IMG/VR virus record: IMGVR_UViG_3300030106_001398 | Coordinates: 1 to 29,199 of that record | Direction: 5' to 3' (one strand) | DNA length: 29,199 bases | Source: a virus | Lineage: Duplodnaviria > Caudoviricetes | Notes under the pieces: generated by a model | Databases searched by the model: none | Seen by the model: only the letters and a program-made list of their open reading frames with translations | What the model was told of the DNA's origin: nothing | Made by a program: the position numbers and the translations under genes | Shown: one piece after another, positions 18,124 through 28,274 of the stretch | Numbering within the stretch: position 1 is the stretch's first letter | Layout: each line of letters starts with the position of its first letter

Positions 18124-20162
18124 TGGCTAAAATAGTACCACAAGGATACGCAGATATAGGCGCATATGACGAGAAAGATAGATTTATTGAACTATTAAGG
18201 ACTATTGATAGTATTGGACAAACATATACAGCAGCTCAACAACAGCAAGAGGTTTCTGATATTAGTGCCATGAAGGCATTGTATGAAACTATTGACAATT
18301 ACAATACTCCAGCAGAATTAGATAGATTAGATAATTTAAGAAAAAGCATAGCTCCAGATAATAAAGTATTTGACAATCAAGCAGGCAATATATTAAATGA
18401 AACACTTAATTTTTCTATTTCTAAAAAACGTAGCAATTATACTGATGTGAGAAGCCAAGCAAGTCAACTAGCAACTGAGCTTATGAGCTCTAATAATGTT
18501 TTAGGGACACCGTTATATGAACTAACTGAGGCAGATTTAGTTCGCTCTTTTACTGATAATATTGCTAAAGAAAAGAAAGAAGGTGGATATCTTGCTAGTG
18601 TTGCTGAAAGAAGAATGCAAGCTGCAGGGTTTAATTCATTGATTGAAAATTTTGTAGGTAAAGATGGTTATGGAAGAATGAAGACAATACCTTCAATGAA
18701 AATCCCTTACACAAGAGATGATGGGAGTCAAGGAGAAATGTCTTTAGCGGAGTTAATCAAAAGACAAGCTAGGCATGATGAAGTTTTACAAGGTGTAGTT
18801 TCAGGGGCGGCTATTGATGGAGTTATATCTCCAGAGCAAGCTTCAGTAATTGTATCATTAACTGGAGAAGAAGGTTTTGATATTGATGCTTTTATAAAGA
18901 CTGGAGACAATCAGAGAAAAATGTTTACGAACGAGTTGAAATTCAGAAGAGGCTCAAATAAAGACGCTATTACTAAATTAAGTTCAATACTTAGAACTTA
19001 TAAAGAAGGTCAGTTTAATGAAGCAGCACTTGTAGAAAATGCTAAGAATTTCACTAATAATGAATCATTTCAATCTGTAAATCCAGTTGCTTTAACTGGA
19101 GACCCAGAAAAAGATACTGAAGAATTTTTTAAACAACTTCAATTAGGAAATATAGATAAAGGTTTATTTACAGCGACGTTAAGCAAGATGATAGAAGAAA
19201 ATGATGCAGGTATTAAGAGAGCTATACGAGGGTTAGAAGCTTGGGATGTAAAAGGTATTTATGGTAATATAGAACCAACTGATGAAGATAAAACCCCAAA
19301 GCCATCAACACAAGATATGACTTCTAAAGTTGACGAGATGAAAGATACTATGGGGGCCACAATTGATTCTTTTAGAAAAGATTTGGCTGATGATGCAGGA
19401 AGCATTGACATTTCTGATTTAAATTTAGGTGATTCGTTTGCTGTAGGTGGTGTTAAAGATACAGCTATGACCGATGATGAATTGTTGCAAGCTAGAGAGC
19501 CTGTTAAAAAAGTTAAGAAAAATACTATTATGTATGAAGGTAGAGAACATGAGGTAGATTCTAATGGACGAGTGAAGGCAGGTATGGTTGATAATGATAG
19601 TACATATTCTTGGACTGGGCAACTTAGAAGAGCAGAGCCAAAAAAATACATTGAGCAAACAATGGATACAGAAGGTGTATTAACATTTAATAATTTAAAT
19701 GATTTTCTATCTAACTTTGATTTGACTAAATCAGAGTTTTCAGAAAAAGAAAGAGCTTTAATTGATAGAATTGCAAGAGAATCAGATACTGAAGAAAATA
19801 GAAATTTAGGAACAAATTTGTTAAGAAAAAATTTAATTAGCGAAAAATTTCCTGGTTCATTTCGTGGAGAAAAAGGATTTCCTAGTGGCGGGAAAGGAAA
19901 AGTTTTTAGCGCAATAAAACAATTAAAAAAATATTATTCGGTAGGAAAAAATAGAAAGCAAGATTATAGCTCTTACCAGGCACTTAAAGGCCAAATACCA
20001 TTGTTAAAAGAATTATTAGGCTTAGATTACGATTTAACTTCAAATCAAAAATTAGCAAGTATGATGAATAAGCACTCAGACGCTAAAACAATTAATGATT
20101 TAGAATTAGGTTTTCGTAGAGCGTTACCTGGTTTTGACCGAGGATATGTTGACGAAAAATAA
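18123..20162 (+). CDS. Putative internal virion protein, medium
   Basis: 679 aa, charged and helical, with no Cys seen. Position is analogous to T7 gp15. Confidence 0.55.
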   Translation: MAKIVPQGYADIGAYDEKDRFIELLRTIDSIGQTYTAAQQQQEVSDISAMKALYETIDNYNTPAELDRLDNLRKSIAPDNKVFDNQAGNILNETLNFSISKKRSNYTDVRSQASQLATELMSSNNVLGTPLYELTEADLVRSFTDNIAKEKKEGGYLASVAERRMQAAGFNSLIENFVGKDGYGRMKTIPSMKIPYTRDDGSQGEMSLAELIKRQARHDEVLQGVVSGAAIDGVISPEQASVIVSLTGEEGFDIDAFIKTGDNQRKMFTNELKFRRGSNKDAITKLSSILRTYKEGQFNEAALVENAKNFTNNESFQSVNPVALTGDPEKDTEEFFKQLQLGNIDKGLFTATLSKMIEENDAGIKRAIRGLEAWDVKGIYGNIEPTDEDKTPKPSTQDMTSKVDEMKDTMGATIDSFRKDLADDAGSIDISDLNLGDSFAVGGVKDTAMTDDELLQAREPVKKVKKNTIMYEGREHEVDSNGRVKAGMVDNDSTYSWTGQLRRAEPKKYIEQTMDTEGVLTFNNLNDFLSNFDLTKSEFSEKERALIDRIARESDTEENRNLGTNLLRKNLISEKFPGSFRGEKGFPSGGKGKVFSAIKQLKKYYSVGKNRKQDYSSYQALKGQIPLLKELLGLDYDLTSNQKLASMMNKHSDAKTINDLELGFRRALPGFDRGYVDEK

Positions 20163-20183
20163 TAAAAAATATTTATATAATTA

Positions 20184-23100
20184 ATGCAAAACGTAAATAA
20201 TCAAGACGATTTAATACAATATTTTAGAAATAAACGACCACAATTTACTCAAGACATGAGTGATTTAGATGTTTATACTTATGGGAAAAATTTACTTTTT
20301 GAATCTCAAGGTGTAGAAGTCCCTGATTACGAACCTCCTGCAAACAAAATAGAACCTGAGCAAAATGCTCCAATGTTAAGCAATCGATATCAAGATGTTG
20401 ATGTTTCTCCAGATGCATCAAAAGGATTTTTAGAGTCTGTATATCAAATAGGTTTAACTGGAGCGTCTGAAATGTTTACAGATTCAGGTGTTCCTATGTT
20501 AGGTATTTCTCCAGAATTTTTTAGAAAGTCTTATAATCAATCTTTAGTTGGTCTTGCATACCAAGCAACATATGGTAAGCCAAAATATGATATAGGCGAT
20601 TATGACCCAGGATGGGGAGCAGAAGTAGGTAGTTTTATTACAGGTATGGCTTCTCCTATGGAAATTGCTTTATATGTTTCTGGGGCAGGATTAGGAGCAA
20701 AGGCAGTGCAAGCATCTACAGCCGTAGCAAAAGCAACAGGAGTTAAATCTTTAGTTAAAACTGCAGCCCCTAAAAACAAATTATTAGCCAAGCAATTAGT
20801 AGAATCTGGAATACAAGATGGTACTGCGTTTGGAATGATATCTTCTGCTTATGCAGCTACAGCCTCTGCGGCAAATCAAAAATCTGAAAAGGGTAGTATC
20901 GATGTGTCTCAAGTAATGTCAGATGCTGGAGATGGATTCTTAGAGTCATTTCTTATAGGTTTCCCTGCGGGTGTTGTAGGTAGAGGGTTACTAGGGTCTA
21001 AGTACGCGATGAAAGTAAATGCTGCAAAAGAGGGTGGAGAAACTTTATCTGCATCACAAAAGGCATTATATGGACTACCTGGACAAGCATCTGTAGAGAC
21101 CGTAGCGTTCGCTACACTACCTTCATTTTACAAAGAGATTGGATTAAATAATTTTAAAGACTATCCTATGATAGGTTCTGATGAGTGGTTTACAAATGTA
21201 GCTGCTGATGGTTCGATGGTTGCATCGTTGTTTGCTGGTAGTAAAATTTTATCTAAATATAATATGTCAAAAGTTGCTGCTAAAATAGAAGACATAAATA
21301 TAGAAGAAGGGCAAATGAATAATGATATGCTCGTAAGAGTTCGTCAAAATTTAAAGAACCCTGAGCTATCAAGAGAAGTTATTGAAGAGTTAAATTTACA
21401 AGACGTAAATCTTTTTGATGATATTAAAAGTTTAAAAGATTTTAAAGAACGGTCAGCAAAGTTAGAGAAGATTGCAAATAAATATACTGATGAGCAGATA
21501 CAAGCCAATAAAGTATCTAAGGAAGATGCAAGATGGATGGCAGAAGATGGAGCTAGAACGCTTAATGAAACTAGAATTATACTTGATAGTGTAGCTAAAG
21601 ATAATGTTAAATTAAAATCTGCTTTTGAATCAATAGTAGATAAGCCTTTAACTGACACTCAGTTTTCTGCAATGCAAAATGATTTAAATGCAAGTATAAG
21701 TCAAATAGTAGATGTGTTTGATGATGTTAATTATCAGTTAACAGGCATACCAAAAACTGATGTTCAACAACAATCTTTATTTCAACAAACCACTAAGAGT
21801 GATATAGAGCCTGTAAAGCCTGTTTCTGAGAAGAAAATAAAACTTATAGAGGATACACAGGCTAAATATAAATCGTTTGTAAAACAGCCTAAAAAGAAAG
21901 TAAGTGCTTTGCAGTCAAGGCAGATAACAGAATTTGTCGCGACCCGAGCTGGTATAAAAAATCCTGCTAAATTTAAATTAAATGACCCTAATACAACACA
22001 GGCTGACATTAATAGATTTTCTAAACAACTTGATATAGATTCTTCTAAAAACTTAATGAAGCTATCTAATAAAGCAAATGAATTAAGAACAATGGCAAGG
22101 GTTGACAAACTAAAAGATACTGTGCTTAGTAAAACGCAAAGCAAAAAAGTATTAACAGCATTAGGTGTTCCTAACGGAGATATTGTACGTGCTAATAGCA
22201 GACAGCTTGCTGAGTTTGAATATGCTATTAAAGAGCCTGCAAAAGATATTCCTGTCGACAATGAACAATATTTATTTGATGCAAAAGTAGAAAGTGACTC
22301 ATCAAAGTTTAAAAAAATAAAAAAGCTTGAAGGCATAATGAGCGGTATAGCTAAATCTTTTATACCAGTATGGGAAGTAATCGAAATGCTTGGGGAAAAA
22401 GGATTAAGTAAAAAATTACTAACAAGAGCAGGGATTGAATCCAATCATTATGCTAAATTTAATGCGTTTCAAGATAAGTTTAATTCATTATATAGAGTCA
22501 ATAAGATTGAGCTTAACAATGTTAAGAAGTCTTTATATCTAATGGATATTGAACGATACTTAGAGCGATTAAATAAAAATATATTAAAACCATATGAGCG
22601 CAAGTTTATTAAAAATACTTTTGAAAGTGATTATGTTATTGTTGAAAAAGATAAATTTAAATTCAACAATAAAAAATACAAACGTGTTATAGATGCTGTT
22701 AAAAAAGACAAAGATGGCAAACCTGCCACAAGAGAAGCAGAAGTAGCATTAATGTGGGATGATTACAGACAATATAATAAAAATGCATACTATACAGCAG
22801 TTAAAGCAGCGTTTAAATCAGAAGCGGAATACAAACAGTTTTTAGAAAATCATCCTATTAATTGGATAGAAGACAATGTTTATCTTACTCGTACTACAAC
22901 AAAACAATTTAGAGAGCTGTTTGATGAGTCAAATGGCGGGAAGTATTATCATAAACTTGTAGAAGAGCCTAAGAACAAATTAGCGAAAAGACTTGCACAA
23001 GAAAAATACAAAAAGAAAGATGTAACAAAAGAACAAATAGCTGAGTTTGATGAGATTGCTAGAATGGAAGTAGAAGCTTCTATTAATGATATGTTTAAAT

Positions 23101-25049
23101 TTTCAAGAGCAAAAGCAACATCTAGTGCATTAAAAACAAGGCACATTAAATTACCAGAAGTTATAGAGATTAATGGTAAAAATGTTAAAGTATATGAAAC
23201 TAATTTTGATAGCTATATACAGCCATACGCTGCAGGGATGTCAAAGTTTTTGGCTAATGCTGAGATGTTTCCAGATATGGTTAAGTTAAAAGATACAAAT
23301 ATTAAAGGAAGGCAAACAGAAGCCCTTATAGGCTCATTAAAATTAAAAAATAAACAATGGGGTAATTGGCTAGAAGTTCAAATAGATAAAGAGCTTGGTA
23401 TTAATAAAAGATTGTATGGGGATAATGGTGTTTTTGTTACAGGAGCAAATAGTTTAGCAGGAATTTATTCTAAAACTGCGCTAGGTTTTATTACCGCTGG
23501 TGCTAAAAACTTATTTTTAGGTCAAAATATTAATATGTCATCATTTTATTTGCGAGATTATATGAGAGGCCTTGTTTTATCGATGTCAAAAGATTTTAGG
23601 AATGATGTTAGGATGACTCTTGATACTTCTGTTGGTGTGGGGCATATTACTGATATAAGGACTAATAAGATATGGGATGCTATGTTTGCACTCGGAGGCA
23701 TGAAGCCTACAGAGAATGCGAATAGAATTATTGCAATAGCTAGTGCTAAATATGATGCGGCTAGGTTGGTAAAAATACTTCAATCTTCAGGCTCGTCAGA
23801 AAAAGCTATTAGAAATGCAACAGATAGATTGCAAGAATTTTATCACATGAGCGACAGACAGGTTAGTTTATTTAAAAAGTATGGTCTTAATGGTGTTGAT
23901 GGACATTCTTTTAAAAACTCTTTTGAAAAATCAAAAATGAAAAGAGAATTAGAAGTAATGTCTAATCAAATCAATACTTATGCACATATAAACACTCAAG
24001 GCTCTGCTCAAGGATTATTTATGCCAGATTACTGGGATAAAGGTATGGTTAAGCCAATGCTTTTATTTAAAAAGATGGCGTATCAGTTTAACAGAAATCA
24101 ATTAAGAAACTTTCAATTAGCAAAAAAGAATAATGATTATATAAAAATTGCAATGATGGGCCTTGCTCCTATTGCTACAGGGCAAGCATTAATATCAATG
24201 TATAGCTATCTTTTACAGTCAAATGTTCCAGAGGAAAATTCTAACTGGGATACTTATATGAAAACATTGCTTGTAAGAGGTGAAACATTTGGACTTGCTA
24301 CCGATGTGCTTAGAATGATGGACGGAGAAGGCGCAGATATGACTGTATATCCTGCTTTATATACATGGGGAGGAGCTTTTGCAACTGCTCTTAGAGCCCC
24401 TATAGAAGGAACTAAAACTAAAAGTCAATCATTAGAAGACTTTTTAAAGAATACATCTTCAGCTTATAGAGCATACTTATCTAATATAAGAAAGCGAGGA
24501 GAGAAAAACGCTCTTAATAAAGGCTCGTCTAAATACAGAGCATTATATTACGAGTTTAAAAATGAAGTTATGTCTGACGGACCTGATTTTGGAGATAGGG
24601 TTGCAACTACTAAAGACCCATTTTACAGAGAATTAAAAGAAGTTTTTCTTATGGGAACTCCAGATGAAGCTGCCAGACAATATGCAATATCTGTGTATGG
24701 AATTGCAACAGAATATTATAGAAACGACGTAGATAAAAATGGAGAGCATACAAAGTATAGAGGCCCAAATGGATATTCTGATGCTATAAAACAGGCAGTA
24801 AAGCAAGTTAAAGCTTCTATTACTAGAATGAATCCTAATATTTTATCTCCAGTTAAGAAAAAACCTGTAGAAACTGATAAATGGGTGAAATGGCTTAATA
24901 AAGATGAAAAAAGAGGTAAAGTATATATGTATGAACTTAGGAAATTAGAGGGACAATACTTTACAAAAAGAGATGAAATGGAAAAGTTAATACACAAATA
25001 TTTGCGAGACCCAGAGGCAGTAAAGTTAATAAAAAAAGCGTTAAAATAG
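20184..25049 (+). CDS. Large internal virion (ejection) protein, T7 gp16-like position
   Basis: 1621 aa, helical, with no Cys seen. Has an N-terminal Gly/Ala-rich hydrophobic region and a C-terminal NTQG....P......LFKKMAYQF motif followed by hydrophobic helices. Last gene of the late operon. Confidence 0.65.
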   Translation: MQNVNNQDDLIQYFRNKRPQFTQDMSDLDVYTYGKNLLFESQGVEVPDYEPPANKIEPEQNAPMLSNRYQDVDVSPDASKGFLESVYQIGLTGASEMFTDSGVPMLGISPEFFRKSYNQSLVGLAYQATYGKPKYDIGDYDPGWGAEVGSFITGMASPMEIALYVSGAGLGAKAVQASTAVAKATGVKSLVKTAAPKNKLLAKQLVESGIQDGTAFGMISSAYAATASAANQKSEKGSIDVSQVMSDAGDGFLESFLIGFPAGVVGRGLLGSKYAMKVNAAKEGGETLSASQKALYGLPGQASVETVAFATLPSFYKEIGLNNFKDYPMIGSDEWFTNVAADGSMVASLFAGSKILSKYNMSKVAAKIEDINIEEGQMNNDMLVRVRQNLKNPELSREVIEELNLQDVNLFDDIKSLKDFKERSAKLEKIANKYTDEQIQANKVSKEDARWMAEDGARTLNETRIILDSVAKDNVKLKSAFESIVDKPLTDTQFSAMQNDLNASISQIVDVFDDVNYQLTGIPKTDVQQQSLFQQTTKSDIEPVKPVSEKKIKLIEDTQAKYKSFVKQPKKKVSALQSRQITEFVATRAGIKNPAKFKLNDPNTTQADINRFSKQLDIDSSKNLMKLSNKANELRTMARVDKLKDTVLSKTQSKKVLTALGVPNGDIVRANSRQLAEFEYAIKEPAKDIPVDNEQYLFDAKVESDSSKFKKIKKLEGIMSGIAKSFIPVWEVIEMLGEKGLSKKLLTRAGIESNHYAKFNAFQDKFNSLYRVNKIELNNVKKSLYLMDIERYLERLNKNILKPYERKFIKNTFESDYVIVEKDKFKFNNKKYKRVIDAVKKDKDGKPATREAEVALMWDDYRQYNKNAYYTAVKAAFKSEAEYKQFLENHPINWIEDNVYLTRTTTKQFRELFDESNGGKYYHKLVEEPKNKLAKRLAQEKYKKKDVTKEQIAEFDEIARMEVEASINDMFKFSRAKATSSALKTRHIKLPEVIEINGKNVKVYETNFDSYIQPYAAGMSKFLANAEMFPDMVKLKDTNIKGRQTEALIGSLKLKNKQWGNWLEVQIDKELGINKRLYGDNGVFVTGANSLAGIYSKTALGFITAGAKNLFLGQNINMSSFYLRDYMRGLVLSMSKDFRNDVRMTLDTSVGVGHITDIRTNKIWDAMFALGGMKPTENANRIIAIASAKYDAARLVKILQSSGSSEKAIRNATDRLQEFYHMSDRQVSLFKKYGLNGVDGHSFKNSFEKSKMKRELEVMSNQINTYAHINTQGSAQGLFMPDYWDKGMVKPMLLFKKMAYQFNRNQLRNFQLAKKNNDYIKIAMMGLAPIATGQALISMYSYLLQSNVPEENSNWDTYMKTLLVRGETFGLATDVLRMMDGEGADMTVYPALYTWGGAFATALRAPIEGTKTKSQSLEDFLKNTSSAYRAYLSNIRKRGEKNALNKGSSKYRALYYEFKNEVMSDGPDFGDRVATTKDPFYRELKEVFLMGTPDEAARQYAISVYGIATEYYRNDVDKNGEHTKYRGPNGYSDAIKQAVKQVKASITRMNPNILSPVKKKPVETDKWVKWLNKDEKRGKVYMYELRKLEGQYFTKRDEMEKLIHKYLRDPEAVKLIKKALK

Positions 25050-25505
25050 TTCTTTAATTGGTAGCAATACCATCTGACTAGAATCAAAGTCACCACCCAT
25101 TACAAGCCTAGCTTTTTCTTCTTTCAACAATCTTCTAATCTTATCTTTTAAATCATCTACTGAAAATATAAATCCACCCTCTATCTTATTATTATAACTC
25201 AGTAAATGTATCCAAACTGCAGAGCCTGTAGTAGAAATACCTGATGGAACGCCATTACATCTAACCTCTACAGCTATATTGCCTGTATTCTTCCATATAT
25301 CGCGTTCTGTCTTAACTTCTATCATGGTGTTACCATTCTGCATGTCTTTAACAAAATCCTCTCCAATTTTGCCAAATTCTAAATCTAAATCAAACTTCTT
25401 CATTTCTTCGTATGTTATGCCCACTAGTTTACCCCCTTCAGCTACTCGTTTTAGTTCTCCAAATACTTCTGCTATGTCACTTAATTTTAGCAATGTTCTT
25501 TCCAT
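25041..25505 (-). CDS. PD-(D/E)XK-like (restriction-endonuclease-fold) phage protein
   Basis: FDLDLEFGKIGE...IEVKTE...TGNIAVE...PSGISTT...W pattern. An alternative start exists at 25403 (MKKFD). Confidence 0.6.
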   Translation of the reverse strand: MERTLLKLSDIAEVFGELKRVAEGGKLVGITYEEMKKFDLDLEFGKIGEDFVKDMQNGNTMIEVKTERDIWKNTGNIAVEVRCNGVPSGISTTGSAVWIHLLSYNNKIEGGFIFSVDDLKDKIRRLLKEEKARLVMGGDFDSSQMVLLPIKELF

Positions 25506-25959
25506 AGTCTGCTAGGAGCACAGCGTCTGCTGTTGCTAATATGATTTTCTTAGCTACCTTTGGATATTTTTTCTTTGCCAGTTCTTTTAAATAGTTCTTA
25601 CGGTCTTTCTTAGAAAGTTTAGGAGGGCATCCGATGGCTTTAATCCATACTTGAGGAGTCACGTAATGTGTTTTTATTTCGTGTGAAGAAATGATACCCT
25701 CCCAATTTCCATAGTTTTGTGCAAAGGTAAATATAGATACCTTTCCATCTGTAGGTCGTGCCCAGACCTTTTCAATCACAACGCGGATGTTACTGGGAGG
25801 AGTGTCGCCTATGAGTAACGCGAACATCATAGACATATTGTCGACTGTTGCTGGGCACTTATTGACCTTCATTGTTCTACCTTGTAGCATTGCAATGCCA
25901 CCACCCTTACCAGGGTCTATACCTATATACTTAATTAATTTTGAGTTGTTCTTTGGCAT
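25477..25959 (-). CDS. ruvC: RuvC-like Holliday junction resolvase
   Basis: YIGIDPGKGGGIA, VVIEKV, FTFAQNYG, VTPQVW, ADAVLLA. Start moved to 25959 (MPKNN, GGAG upstream) because the longer ORF overlaps the helicase by about 150 nt. Confidence 0.85.
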   Translation of the reverse strand: MPKNNSKLIKYIGIDPGKGGGIAMLQGRTMKVNKCPATVDNMSMMFALLIGDTPPSNIRVVIEKVWARPTDGKVSIFTFAQNYGNWEGIISSHEIKTHYVTPQVWIKAIGCPPKLSKKDRKNYLKELAKKKYPKVAKKIILATADAVLLADYGKNIAKIK

Positions 25960-27271
25960 AATTTGCTCCATATACAGGTATTGGTAGTTCATCGTATATC
26001 GTACAGATGTCTCCATGGTAACCAAGCGTAACCTCGCCAGTCTCACCATAACGTACTTTACTGGCAATAAGACGTAGCTCATTTTGACTCCCGTGAGCAG
26101 GGTCTACTTTATACTGATTATATATAAAGAATACGTTCTCTGCCACTTGTTCTATTGCTCCAGACTCTGCAAGGTCAGAAAGCTGTGGCCTTTTATGTTC
26201 GCCACCTCTTGTTTCTAAATACCTGTTAAGTTGTGATGCTAGAATTACAGATGCATTGCTTTCTTTAGCAAGCCATTTATATGCATTACAAATCTCCTCA
26301 AGCTGTAAACGTCTTGTATCTTGTCTTGTTGAAGGGGTTATAAGCTGTATATAATCATCTATAATAACATCGGGTTTAAATTTCTTTACCTCTGATGCAG
26401 TTTTAGGAAAGTCTCTAACATCATCAAACATAATAAACTTGTCTTCGCTGTACTTAGATGTAATCTTTTTCTGTGATTGTCTCAGAAGTTCTACAGTTTT
26501 CTCTGAGAATATTCCACGCCTCACATCTCTATAGTTTAGTTTAGGTTCTTCTATACATATTAATTTTTTAAGCACCTCTGTATTAGGTAGTTCTCTATTA
26601 AACACCGCGACTTTAAAACCTTTCCCCACAAGTGATGCAAGTAGATTTACAAGGAACGTAGTTTTACCATGACCTGGTCTGCCACCTACAATCGTAATCT
26701 CTCCTCTTGTAAGACCACCTGCAAAGCTATCTATCTTTGGATACCCAGTACGTATCATTCTCTTGTCACCGCTACCCATGCTTTTAACTGTCTCTGCCAT
26801 CGCCTCATTGATGCTAAACTTCATGCCTGGTCTGACCTTTATAAGCTCTCCCATGAGCGTATGTGCATCTCCAATTAACTCATACACATCTGTACCATAA
26901 TGCAATACATCATGCTTTATTTTATCAGACTCTTGTACGATTCTGCGCAAAAGATATTTCTCATATATTTTCTGTGCATACGCTTCGGTAGCACCTACCA
27001 TACATGCATTGCTCGTACAATCGATAACATAACTCTTTGTGATACCGCTATTCATGTCATCAGTAGTGATGGATGAACATACTGTAAGCGTATCAATATG
27101 CTGACTTGTTTGTCGCATCTTTGTTATCTTTTCCCACAGCTTCTTTGACTTCTTTTGTGAGAACACATTATTCTCTGGAACGTATTGTGCGACCATGTTG
27201 TATTCGTCTGGATTAAGGATAAGGCTCCCTAAGACTACATTTTCAGTAGACTCATCTACAATTTGGTTCAT
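25931..27271 (-). CDS. dnaB: Replicative DNA helicase, DnaB family
   Basis: N-terminal E..VLGSL domain, Walker A GRPGHGKT, Walker B IIDDYIQL, ASQLNR, PQLSDLAESGAIEQ and KVRYGETG. AAGGAG RBS is present. Confidence 0.95.
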   Translation of the reverse strand: MNQIVDESTENVVLGSLILNPDEYNMVAQYVPENNVFSQKKSKKLWEKITKMRQTSQHIDTLTVCSSITTDDMNSGITKSYVIDCTSNACMVGATEAYAQKIYEKYLLRRIVQESDKIKHDVLHYGTDVYELIGDAHTLMGELIKVRPGMKFSINEAMAETVKSMGSGDKRMIRTGYPKIDSFAGGLTRGEITIVGGRPGHGKTTFLVNLLASLVGKGFKVAVFNRELPNTEVLKKLICIEEPKLNYRDVRRGIFSEKTVELLRQSQKKITSKYSEDKFIMFDDVRDFPKTASEVKKFKPDVIIDDYIQLITPSTRQDTRRLQLEEICNAYKWLAKESNASVILASQLNRYLETRGGEHKRPQLSDLAESGAIEQVAENVFFIYNQYKVDPAHGSQNELRLIASKVRYGETGEVTLGYHGDICTIYDELPIPVYGANYAKEQLKIN

Positions 27272-27283
27272 TGTTTTCTCCCT

Positions 27284-27466
27284 TTATTCTTCTGGTTGTT
27301 CTAGTAAAGTATTGTAACCATCTACAACGCTATCTATATCTATTTCGTTGATTTTATATATCATACCAACATTAGATGTAGACATCTCTTGTAAAGGATT
27401 ACTCTTGAGGAATATTCCCCAATTATGCTCACTTAGAACTTTTATCAGTAGTTCCTTGCTTAACAT
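27284..27466 (-). CDS. Hypothetical protein
   Basis: 60 aa with an AGGAGG RBS, co-oriented in the operon. Confidence 0.6.
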   Translation of the reverse strand: MLSKELLIKVLSEHNWGIFLKSNPLQEMSTSNVGMIYKINEIDIDSVVDGYNTLLEQPEE

Positions 27467-27656
27467 CTTTAGCCTCCTTTTTCTTTTGTAAATACTTCAA
27501 AAACTTAGTTTCATCTTTCTTATATTCTATATAGTCATTAACAACTAATGCTATAGAATCAACTTTCTGATTTACTATCGTCGTGTCGTGTATCAGATTT
27601 TCCACTACTTGCTTTACTTCGTTTAGTGTCGGTTTTTTTGGTTTCTTTTTTGACAT
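27429..27656 (-). CDS. Hypothetical basic coiled-coil protein
   Basis: 75 aa with GAGG upstream. Reads KKPTLNEVK...DYIEYKKDETKFLKYL. Confidence 0.65.
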   Translation of the reverse strand: MSKKKPKKPTLNEVKQVVENLIHDTTIVNQKVDSIALVVNDYIEYKKDETKFLKYLQKKKEAKDVKQGTTDKSSK

Positions 27657-27762
27657 CTTCTTTTACCTCATTTAAAATATCGTTAAGTATTTGTTTTATT
27701 TCTTCTACTTCTCTTTTAAGAACATCAATGTCCTTTTCCATTTGTATGGCTCTACCCATCAT
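27559..27762 (-). CDS. Hypothetical coiled-coil protein
   Basis: 67 aa with an AAGGAG RBS. N-terminal heptads; the tail overlaps the next gene. Confidence 0.55.
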   Translation of the reverse strand: MMGRAIQMEKDIDVLKREVEEIKQILNDILNEVKEDVKKETKKTDTKRSKASSGKSDTRHDDSKSES

Positions 27763-28078
27763 TATCTCCTTTGTTTTTATTATCCACTACCATTCCCCAG
27801 AATAGCATTGCATAAACTATAATATCTGTCAATCTACCTCTGACATCTTCTCGTTGTGAATTATGACCATCAGCGTAGGCACATAGTCCATCTACGTGCT
27901 TAATCATATAGGTCAATAATGCTTTCTCTCTTGTCGTACCTGTAAACGATGCGACTCTTTCAAAATTTGCAAATACATTATCTAAATCTCTAGCATACTC
28001 AGTCTGCCCCGCATTTCTAATGCGAGTAACTTCATCAAATATATGCTCCATCAAATCATTCATGTCTGCTTTAACCAT
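27752..28078 (-). CDS. Nucleotide-modification-associated (DUF1599/Nmad1-like, all-alpha NTP pyrophosphohydrolase fold) protein
   Basis: 108 aa with the pattern EYA....FANFER...KH....EDVRGRLTDIIVYAML. GAGG RBS is present. Confidence 0.6.
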   Translation of the reverse strand: MVKADMNDLMEHIFDEVTRIRNAGQTEYARDLDNVFANFERVASFTGTTREKALLTYMIKHVDGLCAYADGHNSQREDVRGRLTDIIVYAMLFWGMVVDNKNKGDNDG

Positions 28079-28079
28079 C

Positions 28080-28229
28080 TTAAAACCTCTCTCTTTTTCT
28101 ATCTTGCACGGTCTTCCAAGATGTTGTTAATCCACATCTGTCCATAAGATACATCTCAACCCACCAACATCCATTAGCAATCGCTTTTACTTTTCTTACA
28201 TTTCGTATATGGCTTGACTCTTTTTTCAT
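28080..28229 (-). CDS. 49-aa basic hypothetical protein (not in the ORF track)
   Basis: AGGAGG directly upstream of the ATG. MKKESSHIRNVRKVKAIANGCWWVEMYLMDRCGLTTSWKTVQDRKRERF. Its stop lies 1 nt before the next ATG. Confidence 0.65.
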   Translation of the reverse strand: MKKESSHIRNVRKVKAIANGCWWVEMYLMDRCGLTTSWKTVQDRKRERF

Positions 28230-28274
28230 ATTCCTCCTATCGAGTCAGGGAGTCCGAAGACTCCCGTTCTCTTT

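Noticed and set aside
699-25096. Many - strand ORFs opposite the late genes (e.g. 699-1016, 5184-5471, 13404-13925, 21782-22444)
   Set aside because: They are antisense shadows of long + strand genes. Their composition mirrors the sense codons and they show no recognisable motifs.
25960-26082. N-terminal extension of the RuvC-like ORF
   Set aside because: It overlaps the helicase C-terminus. The RuvC fold starts at IGIDPG and the ATG at 25959 has an RBS.
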